From a bacterium (GTDB taxonomy: Bacteria > Zhuqueibacterota > Zhuqueibacteria > Residuimicrobiales > Krinioviventaceae): a stretch of DNA of 64,000 bases. A model generated the notes under the pieces. The model did not search any database. It was given only the letters and a program-made list of their open reading frames with translations, and was not told where the DNA came from. Below are positions 29,274 through 38,393 of the stretch, piece after piece. The translations under genes were made by a program, and so were the position numbers. The DNA is taken from contig OY843751.1 in NCBI GenBank assembly GCA_963693055.1, forward strand, positions 2,944,001 through 3,008,000, written 5' to 3'. Numbering within the stretch: position 1 is the first letter of the stretch; every line of letters starts with the position of its first letter.

Positions 29274-31649
29274 TTATCTCAGAAAACGTTCAACCAATTT
29301 TTTAAATCCGGTTTTAGTAAAATCCGCATCTGCAAAATAATCAGAAGCAAGTTGACTGCTACCCTGAGATGAATCAACCTGGGGCTCGGGATCAATTTCA
29401 GGGGGGTCCGGAGGTTCTGGAATATTAGTATTGAATACGGTTGCATTTTCAGGAGCAGTGTTATACTCTACATTTGATAGATCAGTAAATGCAGAACCAT
29501 TGCCACCGTTTTCTACTACATCTTCATCCGCTTCATCCTGGCTATAATCTTGAATATTATCATTTACTTCTGTAGGATCATTAAAAACAGATTTTGCAAC
29601 GGGTGGCGCAATAGATTGTTGTACGGGTTCAGGATTGTGCAAATGTGTAGCACTAATTACTCTCCGAGGTTCCGGATTTTTTACCAGTTGAGGTGTTTGT
29701 ATCTGTTCTTTAGCTTGAACATACATTACCCGGTTATCAATAGCAATAGCTATCTGATTTGCAAGAATTTCCAGTGTATGTAGAGTATCTTTGTTAGGCA
29801 TTCTGCAATCATTCGGATCATCTGCCATTAAAAATCCAATAATTTTCTCTTCCTTGGACTTTATGGGTACAATAACAACAGCCCAATTTGGCCAGCCACC
29901 TTCATAATACTCACCTTCTTCTGAGCCATAATAGATGCGTTTTAAATGATCAAATACGGGTTCCTGATTTTGAACCAAATATGATTTGCCTTGTAAATAA
30001 TCTTTTCGTAATAATTGACTGTATTCTTTGAGATTATAGTTTAATTCTTTGATCTGTGCCAGTTTAATCTTGTCATCACATGCTACCGCTTTGGTCTCCA
30101 ACATTCCACTCTTTTTGCTGATTAAAACCAAAGATACAAGGTTGAAATCCAGAGAAAATTTAACAGACCAGACAACTTCTTTAAGCAATTCACTCAAACT
30201 GTAATACAATTTAAATACATTACTATTAACGAGTATCTGCTTCATACGACGGTTGCGACGTTCTAGTGTAGAAATACGATAATAATTTTCCACTGTGACT
30301 GAAACTAACCGGCTAAAGAGTTCTAAATTATAAAAAGTGGATTTTGTAGGTGTATTACCTTCACCCGGTTCATCTAATGATATATAACCAAAAGTATTGT
30401 TGTTTTTATCTGCCAGATTCAAAATGATCAGGTCACGTTTATGCCATTGAGCAATGGGTGATGTTTCCTGAGAATCATTTTTAACCAGTTCATTGTTCAA
30501 ATGACTAGCCAGCTGACGGCGTTCTTTGTTATGATAAATCACTTTGATGCGAGATTTATCTGCAAATACTTTGTCAATAACACGTTGAGGAACTTCAATA
30601 TTTTCTTTTGAAGAGTTTTCTCTGACAGAATATCCTACCATTGCCTGTTTTACATATGCATGTTTACGAGGATCCAAAAGCGCAACTGTAGAGCGTTTAA
30701 ATCCAAAAACCTGGCAAACCAATTCAGAAAGATTTTTTAACAAAACTTCAATAGATTCAGAATAACTGCGATGAATGATATCAATTACTTCAGATATCAT
30801 TTGTTTTTGATCAACTGTCTTTTGTGTTATAAATGTACCGGATGATTTGACTTGTACTTTAACCAGATTTCCACGAAATCCAATAACATGATTTTTATCA
30901 TTATCATCATAAATAAGGGAGATCTGTAATTTTGCAGGATTCTTTTCACCGGTCTTTGCAATTACATATACTTCAAACGACATTGCCGGTTTTTTAATTG
31001 CCACATTGAGGATTTTGTTGAAAAAATCTGTATCATCAACTGATGAGAGCACATCATCAATGGTTAATTCTAATAATTCTGCGTTGGTGTATCCTGCTAC
31101 ATCTTCAATATATTCATTTGCTGAAAGAAAACGACGTTTACGATCACAAACAAAATAACCTATTTCTCCACTTTGTACCTGGGGTATATCTGTTTCAGGA
31201 TAAGGTGTAGACTCTGATAAATCTGCAATTGGCTGTTCATCCTGTACTGGCATAGGCTCTGGCAAGGGTTCGTCTGGGTGGACTTTAAACTCGGCTGCTC
31301 GTTTCAAGCTTTCGGATAAAGCGGAAAGATAGCCTTTCTTTTTGACAACAAATTCAAAAACACCTAAATTTTGCACATCCTGAAATATCTGCTCGTCATC
31401 TTCATTTACAGTCAAGATGGTTGGATGAATACGACTGATCTTTTTAAGCGTTTCCGTAAATGAATCATGATGTCCATTTGCCAGTTCACTGTCAATTAAC
31501 AATATATCAAACTCTACATTCGTAAACTGTTCCTGCACCTCCTGCAAAGAAGTTGCACCAATTGGATTATATTCATCATTTTGTACGCTTATGACCTGTC
31601 GGGTTGCTTCTACATATGAGGCATTCGGATGCGCTATTGATATTTTCAT
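29274..31649 (-). CDS. REC-PAS-GAF-GAF signalling protein without recognisable output domain
   Basis: N-terminal receiver (DILLID), PAS, two GAF-like repeats (GYISLD, GFLMAD), acidic Pro-rich tail. Start placed at MKISI. Confidence 0.7.
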   Translation of the reverse strand: MKISIAHPNASYVEATRQVISVQNDEYNPIGATSLQEVQEQFTNVEFDILLIDSELANGHHDSFTETLKKISRIHPTILTVNEDDEQIFQDVQNLGVFEFVVKKKGYLSALSESLKRAAEFKVHPDEPLPEPMPVQDEQPIADLSESTPYPETDIPQVQSGEIGYFVCDRKRRFLSANEYIEDVAGYTNAELLELTIDDVLSSVDDTDFFNKILNVAIKKPAMSFEVYVIAKTGEKNPAKLQISLIYDDNDKNHVIGFRGNLVKVQVKSSGTFITQKTVDQKQMISEVIDIIHRSYSESIEVLLKNLSELVCQVFGFKRSTVALLDPRKHAYVKQAMVGYSVRENSSKENIEVPQRVIDKVFADKSRIKVIYHNKERRQLASHLNNELVKNDSQETSPIAQWHKRDLIILNLADKNNNTFGYISLDEPGEGNTPTKSTFYNLELFSRLVSVTVENYYRISTLERRNRRMKQILVNSNVFKLYYSLSELLKEVVWSVKFSLDFNLVSLVLISKKSGMLETKAVACDDKIKLAQIKELNYNLKEYSQLLRKDYLQGKSYLVQNQEPVFDHLKRIYYGSEEGEYYEGGWPNWAVVIVPIKSKEEKIIGFLMADDPNDCRMPNKDTLHTLEILANQIAIAIDNRVMYVQAKEQIQTPQLVKNPEPRRVISATHLHNPEPVQQSIAPPVAKSVFNDPTEVNDNIQDYSQDEADEDVVENGGNGSAFTDLSNVEYNTAPENATVFNTNIPEPPDPPEIDPEPQVDSSQGSSQLASDYFADADFTKTGFKKLVERFLR

Positions 31650-31940
31650 ATTACCTGCTACTCCAATATAATTCAGCAAAAAACTCTGAAATTCACGAAA
31701 CAATTAACAAAAATTTGTACACATAGTCAAGAAAATAGATAATAAATACTGCCCGAAAAATGCTGTGATTACTTTTTGCCACATTTAAAAGAAAAAATAT
31801 ACAATTTTGGGTAATCGCAAATTACATTTTTGAAAAACATTATTTTCATCCATTTACTCTTGTTGATTTTTATATACTTAGACATAAAAATGTCCGGTTA
31901 TATTTAAAACAAAATTAAATCCAACAAACATCCATTTTAA

Positions 31941-31956
31941 AGCAAAATCCAAGCCA
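31941..31956 (-). promoter_or_regulatory. Putative sigma54 (-24/-12) promoter
   Basis: Minus strand TGGCTTGGATTTTGCT = GG-N10-GC. Confidence 0.5.
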
Positions 31957-31972
31957 AAAAGAGTATTGACCC

Positions 31973-32008
31973 AAAAAAAAGCCAGAGATTTCATAACCTC
32001 TGGCTTTT
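31973..32008 (-). terminator. Intrinsic terminator ending the TrmB operon
   Basis: GCCAGAG-loop-CTCTGGC stem followed by U8 on the minus strand. Confidence 0.85.
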
Positions 32009-32021
32009 AATTTTCATTCAT

Positions 32022-32507
32022 CTACTTTCGTAACCGCGATCGCGTATATTCAATTAATCCTCCAGCATCCATCACCTTCTGACGTGTTCCGGACAATGGT
32101 TGTATTGCATAAGATTTACCAGTGGTTTTGTTTACGACCTGGTCATTAGCTATCTCCAGCTCATGTCCGGTTTCAGCTTCAAAATCAGGAACTGTAAAAG
32201 TTTGCAAGCCAAGGTTAACTGCATTTTGCAGAAAAATTCGGGCATAGCTTTTAGCAATAACAATCAAATCATGTCCCTTTAAACAGGAAGCAGCCTGTTC
32301 CCGGGAAGAACCACAACCAAAATTTTCACCTCCCACAATTATGCTTTGTGCTGTCAGCTCTCCACTATTTAATTTTGCATTGAATTGTTTATCATCCGCA
32401 AAGGCATATTCCGGGGTTTCTGAAGGTAATACAGTTGCCATAAATCGTCCGGGATATATAGTATCTGTTGATATATCATTGCCTAGTTTATAAACAACTT
32501 TGGACAT
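32022..32507 (-). CDS. Aconitase-family small subunit (homoaconitase/LeuD-like)
   Basis: DISTDTIYPG, NFGCGSSREQA, ARIF.QNA.N.GL. Confidence 0.88.
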   Translation of the reverse strand: MSKVVYKLGNDISTDTIYPGRFMATVLPSETPEYAFADDKQFNAKLNSGELTAQSIIVGGENFGCGSSREQAASCLKGHDLIVIAKSYARIFLQNAVNLGLQTFTVPDFEAETGHELEIANDQVVNKTTGKSYAIQPLSGTRQKVMDAGGLIEYTRSRLRK

Positions 32508-32508
32508 A

Positions 32509-33801
32509 TTAATTCCTTTCTTGACGTGGATCAGTTATTTTGCCGGTTATTGCTGAAGCAGCAGCAGTTGCAGGTGAACACAGGTATACCTCTGCATTGG
32601 GATTCCCCATTCTGCCTTTAAAATTACGATTTGTTGTTGCTAAAGCAATTTCGCCATCAGCAAGTGCACCCTGGTGAACTCCCAGGCAGCAACCACATCC
32701 GGGATTCATTATCACTGCACCACTTTGTGCAAGCGTTTCAAGATAACCTTCTTCCAACGCTTTACGATATATCTTGCCTGAAGCAGGAAAAACCAGCATT
32801 CTAACATCATTGGCAACTTTTTTCCCCTTTAATATCTTTGCTGCTATTTCCAAATCTTCTAATCTGCCATTTGTACAAGAACCAATTACAATCTGGTCCA
32901 GTTTCACATCATTAACATTGCTGATGGGTTCAACATTATCAACTGTATGGGGACAGGCAATCTGCGGCTCAAGATTAGAGACATCTATATCCACAATCTG
33001 CTCATAAGCAGCATCTTGATCTGGTGCAACAAAATCCAATTTATCCTCTACCCCGGCTTCCTCTCGCAAATACCGTTCTGTTTCCTGATCGGCAGGTACA
33101 ATTCCAGCACTGGCGCCGGCTTCTACAGACATGTTTGAGATAGTTAATCTACCGGACACATTCATTGCCGAAATGACATTGCCATGATATTCTAAGACTT
33201 TAAATGTAGCGCCTTTGGCAGAAATTTTGCCTATAAGATATAATATAATATCTTTAGCGGCTAAAGTTTCAGGCATAATTCCATTAATATTGACTTTAAT
33301 AGTGCCCGGAACTTCCAGGTTTAATAAAGTGCCCAGGCACCATACACTTGCCATTTCTGTAGCACCTATCCCCATTGAAAAAGCACCCAATGCACCATGG
33401 CTGGTAGTATGAGAATCCGTGCCTAAAACAACATAACCAGGGCGAACATAGCCATATTCAGGTAAAATCTGATGACATATGCCCCCCACATCACCACGGA
33501 TCTCGTGAAATTTTTCAACTCCTTGCTCTTTGAGAAAATTTCTAATTTTCTTTTGATTGTTTGCAGTTTTGGAGCTTTCCGCGGGCACACGATGGTCAAA
33601 TATGATTGCAATTTTATCAGGATCCCAAACCTTTGGAGATAAATCCGTTCCTTTATAAACTTCAAAGAATTGGTTTATAACCAAAGCAGCGTTTTCATGA
33701 GACATGGCAAGATCAACAGAAGGCTCAATGATATCACCGGGTTTTACGTTTGTAACATTTGCTGCTCTGGCAAGTATTTTTTCTGCAACAGTCATTGCCA
33801 T
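32509..33801 (-). CDS. Aconitase-family large subunit (homoaconitase/LeuC-like, HacA type)
   Basis: FDH, GICH, DSHT, IGSCTNGR, PGCGCCLG, TNRNFKGRMG. Confidence 0.9.
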   Translation of the reverse strand: MAMTVAEKILARAANVTNVKPGDIIEPSVDLAMSHENAALVINQFFEVYKGTDLSPKVWDPDKIAIIFDHRVPAESSKTANNQKKIRNFLKEQGVEKFHEIRGDVGGICHQILPEYGYVRPGYVVLGTDSHTTSHGALGAFSMGIGATEMASVWCLGTLLNLEVPGTIKVNINGIMPETLAAKDIILYLIGKISAKGATFKVLEYHGNVISAMNVSGRLTISNMSVEAGASAGIVPADQETERYLREEAGVEDKLDFVAPDQDAAYEQIVDIDVSNLEPQIACPHTVDNVEPISNVNDVKLDQIVIGSCTNGRLEDLEIAAKILKGKKVANDVRMLVFPASGKIYRKALEEGYLETLAQSGAVIMNPGCGCCLGVHQGALADGEIALATTNRNFKGRMGNPNAEVYLCSPATAAASAITGKITDPRQERN

Positions 33802-33814
33802 TGTTTTTCTCCAA

Positions 33815-35008
33815 TTAAATTATACCTTCTTTTTGGAAATTATTAATTTCCTCTTTTGTATACCCTACTTGACTGAGAAGTTCATGAGTATGTTGTGATA
33901 ATCTTGGGGGAGGATTGTCAATATTTGCCGGTGTTTTACTAAATTTTGCAGTCAGATTGAACAGCTTTAACTCACCCAACTCCTGATCTTGTACTGACGC
34001 CAATGTTTGCCGATGCTGAACTTGATCTGCAGACAATGCATCCTTTAAATCCAGAATATCTCCCGATGGTACTCCTTTAGCATTTAATAGTTCAACCCAT
34101 TCAACAGTATCTTTATCTATCAATTTAACTTCAAGCAATGGAGTAAGAATTCTTCTATTCTTTTTTCGTGTATCCCGCTCTTTAAATCTTGGATCCTCCT
34201 GTAATTCGGGAATTCCCAGCACCTCAGTTACACTGCACCATTGTTCCTGTTTATTTGCGGCAATGTTAATATATCCGTCTCTGGTTTTAAACGTACCGGA
34301 GGGTGCAGCTGTAAAATTATCATTACCTAACAAGGTAGGAGCCTGCCCTCCAATTAACAGATTTGCCGCAACCCATCCCATCAATGGCATTATAGAATCC
34401 AGCAAGGCAATGTCAATAAATTGTCCTTCGCCTGTTCTTTCCCTGTAATATAGGGCAGCCATAATAGCAAATGCCGCGTTTAAGCCTCCAACCGTATCAC
34501 ATACCGGGAAACCACACCGTAAAGGATTCAAAGTTTCATCACCATTTACAGACATCACACCACTTAGACCCTGAATGATTTGGTCATATGCGGGTTTTAA
34601 CGCATCTGGTCCGGTTTGCCCAAAACCCGAAATAGCGCAATACACAATTTTAGGATTAATGGATCGAAGTGTATCATAATCAAGCTCCAACCGTTTCATA
34701 ACACCGGGTCTGAAATTTTCAACAACAACATCTGCTGTTTTTACCAGTTTTTTGAATATCTGTTTGGCATTATCATCCTTTAAATTCAGCGTTAAAGATT
34801 TTTTATTGGCATTTTGAGCCAAAAAACTGGTACCCATTAGCTTTTGGTTCAATTCGGGCATACATCCCAATTTTCTAGCCAAATCGCCATCTTTAGGATT
34901 TTCAATCTTGATTACTTGTGCACCAAGCAATGCCAAATGTAATGTACTAAACGGACCAGATAACACATTTGTTAAATCCAGGACCCTTATACCATCCAGC
35001 AACCCCAT
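33815..35008 (-). CDS. Class III CoA-transferase (CaiB/BaiF)
   Basis: GIRVLDLT..LSGP, NKKSL, ENFRPG, ISGFGQTGP, AYD (catalytic Asp). Confidence 0.92.
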   Translation of the reverse strand: MGLLDGIRVLDLTNVLSGPFSTLHLALLGAQVIKIENPKDGDLARKLGCMPELNQKLMGTSFLAQNANKKSLTLNLKDDNAKQIFKKLVKTADVVVENFRPGVMKRLELDYDTLRSINPKIVYCAISGFGQTGPDALKPAYDQIIQGLSGVMSVNGDETLNPLRCGFPVCDTVGGLNAAFAIMAALYYRERTGEGQFIDIALLDSIMPLMGWVAANLLIGGQAPTLLGNDNFTAAPSGTFKTRDGYINIAANKQEQWCSVTEVLGIPELQEDPRFKERDTRKKNRRILTPLLEVKLIDKDTVEWVELLNAKGVPSGDILDLKDALSADQVQHRQTLASVQDQELGELKLFNLTAKFSKTPANIDNPPPRLSQHTHELLSQVGYTKEEINNFQKEGII

Positions 35009-35928
35009 TAAAGCCCTCCTTTAAGCACTGTCGGTAAACCATTTTTATATAATCTACCAGACAACTCACGTTCAAGTATATCAGAAACATCTTTAACAAA
35101 TGCAACCAACTTTTCAAGATCGGGGAGATTGTTCATTCCCATTCTTTTGAACAGATACACCAAATCCTCGGTACACACATTTCCCGAGCTTGTCTTTGTA
35201 AAAGGACATCCACCAAGACCACCAAACGCAGTTTCAAAATGCCTGACACCTGTTTGAAAAGCAGCATAACAATTTGCTATACCAGCACCAAATGTATCAT
35301 GAAAATGACATGCACCTTTAATTTCAGAATCAAGCTCATAAATTGACGTAAAATAATCCTGTACCTGATCAGGATGAGCGTATCCGGCAGTATCAGCGAG
35401 GCTGATAAAACGAAAACCGGAATCAAGATATGATTTTACAATATTCATAACTGATTCTTTGGCAATTTCACCCTCAAAACCGCATCCAAAGGCTGATTGG
35501 ACTGAAAGTTGGACCTCTTTACCGTGATGTTTTGCCAGCTTTGCCATTAAAAGAATACGTTTTAAAGCCTCATCTGTATCCATTCCGGTATTTTTCTGAC
35601 TGTGTGTTTGACTCGCAGAAACACCCATGCAAAAGAGATCAACACCACAAGCCAAACCTCTGTCAAGACCCCGTTCATTCAAAACCAATCCACTGAAAAC
35701 AATATCCCCGGAATTGAACTCAGAATCGTGAATTAATTTAAACAATTCATCAGTATCAGCCATTTGCGGAACTTTGGCAGGATGCACAAATGAACCAAGC
35801 TGCAATGTTTTAATGCCGGCATCAATCAATTTTTCAACCCACATCATTTTTTTGTCAGTTGGTATTATTTGCTGTTCAATTTGGAGCCCGTCTCGAAGCC
35901 CAACTTCATGTATGATCACACTTTGCAT
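35008..35928 (-). CDS. HMG-CoA lyase-like DRE-TIM metallolyase
   Basis: EVGLRDGLQ, LADT.G, HFHDT, GGLGGCPF, GNVCTED. Confidence 0.9.
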   Translation of the reverse strand: MQSVIIHEVGLRDGLQIEQQIIPTDKKMMWVEKLIDAGIKTLQLGSFVHPAKVPQMADTDELFKLIHDSEFNSGDIVFSGLVLNERGLDRGLACGVDLFCMGVSASQTHSQKNTGMDTDEALKRILLMAKLAKHHGKEVQLSVQSAFGCGFEGEIAKESVMNIVKSYLDSGFRFISLADTAGYAHPDQVQDYFTSIYELDSEIKGACHFHDTFGAGIANCYAAFQTGVRHFETAFGGLGGCPFTKTSSGNVCTEDLVYLFKRMGMNNLPDLEKLVAFVKDVSDILERELSGRLYKNGLPTVLKGGL

Positions 35929-37034
35929 GCAATTGCCTCTGCCATTTCAGATGTAGAACTATTCCCCCCCATATCATATGTTCTCACTTTGCCTTCACGA
36001 ATAACGTCTGCAACTGCTTTTTCAAGTTTATTTGCCTTATCAGTTTCACCAAGATAATCCAACATCAATTTGGCCGCTAACAGCATTGCGATTGGGTTTA
36101 CCTTGTCCATTCCTGCATATTTAGGGGCGCTTCCATGAGTAGGTTCAAAAACAGCATAATTGTCACCAATATTACCACTGGAAGCAAAACCCAAGCCACC
36201 TACAAGTTGTGCCGCAAGATCAGAAATGATATCTCCAAACATATTTTCAGCAACCAGAACACCGTAATTGTCGGGATTTTTCACAAGCCACATACACATA
36301 GCATCAATATTGGTTTCCCACAATTCAATATCCGGATATTTTTTAGCAACATCACGTGCACAACGAGTCATCAAACCACCGGTTTCGCGTAATACATTGG
36401 GTTTCTCTACCAATGTAACTGTTTTATAACCAAATTTTTGGGCATATTTAAATGCCTCATTCACAATATTGGTACATCCTGCTTTGGTTACAATGCGTGT
36501 TGATACGGCAATCTCATCTGGTGGTACATTTTCAAACTTTTTCATTTTGGGATGATTTTCCAAAAGCGCTTTAAAAACAGGATCAGGTAGCGGATGAAAT
36601 TCAACTCCGGCATAGAGACCCTGTGTGTTTTCACGGAAAACAACCAGGTCAATGCCTTCTTTATGGTTCAAAGGATTCCCAATATATGCTTTACATGGGC
36701 GTAAATTAGCTCTCAGATTAAATATTTGACGTAATTTTACTATGGGCGAAAAATATTCCAGGCCTTTACCTTGTAAATGGGGTGCCAGTTCTTTTGCAGC
36801 TTCATCTTTGGGTTTTGATGTAATAGCTCCGAAAAGAGCAGCATCTGTTTGATTTAACAAGTCTATAGTACGATCAGGCAATGGGTTTCCTTCAGTTTTC
36901 CAAAATTCCCAACCGATATCACCATAGATGTATTCTGCATCAAGTTCCAGCTTGTTCAGGACAAGTTTGGCCGCATTCATCACATCAATACCAACTCCAT
37001 CTCCTGGCAGCCATGCAATTTTATATTTAGCCAT
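35916..37034 (-). CDS. Beta-decarboxylating dehydrogenase, homoisocitrate-dehydrogenase-like
   Basis: PGDGVG, FGAITS, YFSPIVKLR, RENT, KPNV, NMFGDIISD, FEPTHGSAP. Confidence 0.88.
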   Translation of the reverse strand: MAKYKIAWLPGDGVGIDVMNAAKLVLNKLELDAEYIYGDIGWEFWKTEGNPLPDRTIDLLNQTDAALFGAITSKPKDEAAKELAPHLQGKGLEYFSPIVKLRQIFNLRANLRPCKAYIGNPLNHKEGIDLVVFRENTQGLYAGVEFHPLPDPVFKALLENHPKMKKFENVPPDEIAVSTRIVTKAGCTNIVNEAFKYAQKFGYKTVTLVEKPNVLRETGGLMTRCARDVAKKYPDIELWETNIDAMCMWLVKNPDNYGVLVAENMFGDIISDLAAQLVGGLGFASSGNIGDNYAVFEPTHGSAPKYAGMDKVNPIAMLLAAKLMLDYLGETDKANKLEKAVADVIREGKVRTYDMGGNSSTSEMAEAIACKV

Positions 37035-37054
37035 GATTAATTCCTTAAATTCAA

Positions 37055-38380
37055 TTACATGTCATCAAAAACCTGTTTTAAAATATCCAAACAACAGTCA
37101 ATATGCTCTTTTTCTACAACCAACGCAGGTGCAAAACGTATAGAATTGGGTCCGCAGCCTAAAATGATTAGCCCCTTATAAAAGGCTTTGTCAAGAATTT
37201 CATTACGTTTCTGGGCATCAGGATCCAATGATTCATCATCCTTGATGATTTCAATGCCAACCATCAATCCTTTTCCTCTTACATCGCCAATAAATGGATA
37301 CTCGGCGGCCATTTCTTCGAGTCGTCCTATAAGATATTCACCCATCGTGGCTGCATTTTCAATTAATTCAGCTTCAAGTAATTCTATGGTTTTTAAAGCA
37401 GCAGCACAGGATACAGGATTACCGCCAAAAGTAGAAGCATGCGAGCCATATGGCCAATTCATAACATCACTTTTAGCAATAATAGCTCCAAGCGGCATTC
37501 CGGATGCAATACCTTTTGCGACACAGATAATATCAGGTTCTAAACCATAGTGTTCGCTGGCAAAAAACTTGCCTGTACGTCCCATACCTGCCTGAATTTC
37601 ATCGGCAACAATGAGAAAACCATGTTTTTCAGATAGTTTTTTCAAGCTATCAACATATTCTTTAGGTGGGACAATGTATCCACCTTCACCCTGAATAGGT
37701 TCAAAAAACACAGCGGCAACTTCTTCCGGAGGGACCGTTTTTTCAAAGATCGTATTTTCCAGATATTTTACACATTCGAAATTACAGGAGCCGTATTTTT
37801 GACCAAAAATGCATCGATAACAATATGGATAAGGAATATGGGTCACATCCGGCAGCAAGGGAGAAAATCCTGCTTTTTGCACAACTTTACTTCCTGTTAG
37901 TGACAATGCACCGTAGGTACGACCATGAAAAGCGCCAGTATAGGCCAATAAACGTGTACGCTTGGTATTATAACGGGCAAGTTTAATAGCCGCTTCAACC
38001 GCTTCCGCACCGGAATTTGTAAAAAACACGCGTTTTCCTGAATTTCCGGGAGCATTTTCAACCAGTTTTTTAGCTAATTCAGATTGTACCGTATAATAAA
38101 AATCAGTTCCTGACATATGTAACAGGTTGTCAGCCTGATCTTTAATAGCTTGAACGACTTGAGGATGACAATGTCCTGTTGAACAAACAGCAATACCACT
38201 ACAAAAGTCGAGAAACTCGTTACCATCAATGTCCTCTAAAATCACACCTCTTCCCTTTTCCGCGACACACGGAAAATCACGGGTATATGATGGAGAAACG
38301 TACTGATTGTCGGTTTCAATAACTTTTTGAGCTTTTGGGCCCGGTAAATTTGTCTTGATATTTGGATATGGATATGTCAT
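37055..38380 (-). CDS. Class III PLP omega-aminotransferase (ornithine/lysine/4-aminobutyrate type)
   Basis: NSGAEAVE, FHGRT, EPIQGEGG, DEIQAGMGRTG, AKG, STFGGNP. Start placed at MTYPY after the ALDH stop. Confidence 0.9.
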   Translation of the reverse strand: MTYPYPNIKTNLPGPKAQKVIETDNQYVSPSYTRDFPCVAEKGRGVILEDIDGNEFLDFCSGIAVCSTGHCHPQVVQAIKDQADNLLHMSGTDFYYTVQSELAKKLVENAPGNSGKRVFFTNSGAEAVEAAIKLARYNTKRTRLLAYTGAFHGRTYGALSLTGSKVVQKAGFSPLLPDVTHIPYPYCYRCIFGQKYGSCNFECVKYLENTIFEKTVPPEEVAAVFFEPIQGEGGYIVPPKEYVDSLKKLSEKHGFLIVADEIQAGMGRTGKFFASEHYGLEPDIICVAKGIASGMPLGAIIAKSDVMNWPYGSHASTFGGNPVSCAAALKTIELLEAELIENAATMGEYLIGRLEEMAAEYPFIGDVRGKGLMVGIEIIKDDESLDPDAQKRNEILDKAFYKGLIILGCGPNSIRFAPALVVEKEHIDCCLDILKQVFDDM

Positions 38381-38393
38381 AGCAAAGCCTTTC

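Noticed and set aside
31769-31885. 38-aa minus-strand ORF in the long leader
   Set aside because: No RBS and AT-rich composition; expected by chance.
32022-37034. Reading the cluster as leucine biosynthesis (leuABCD)
   Set aside because: The DRE-TIM protein is HMG-CoA-lyase-like rather than LeuA, there are no ilv genes, and a CoA-transferase and ALDH7 have no role in that pathway.
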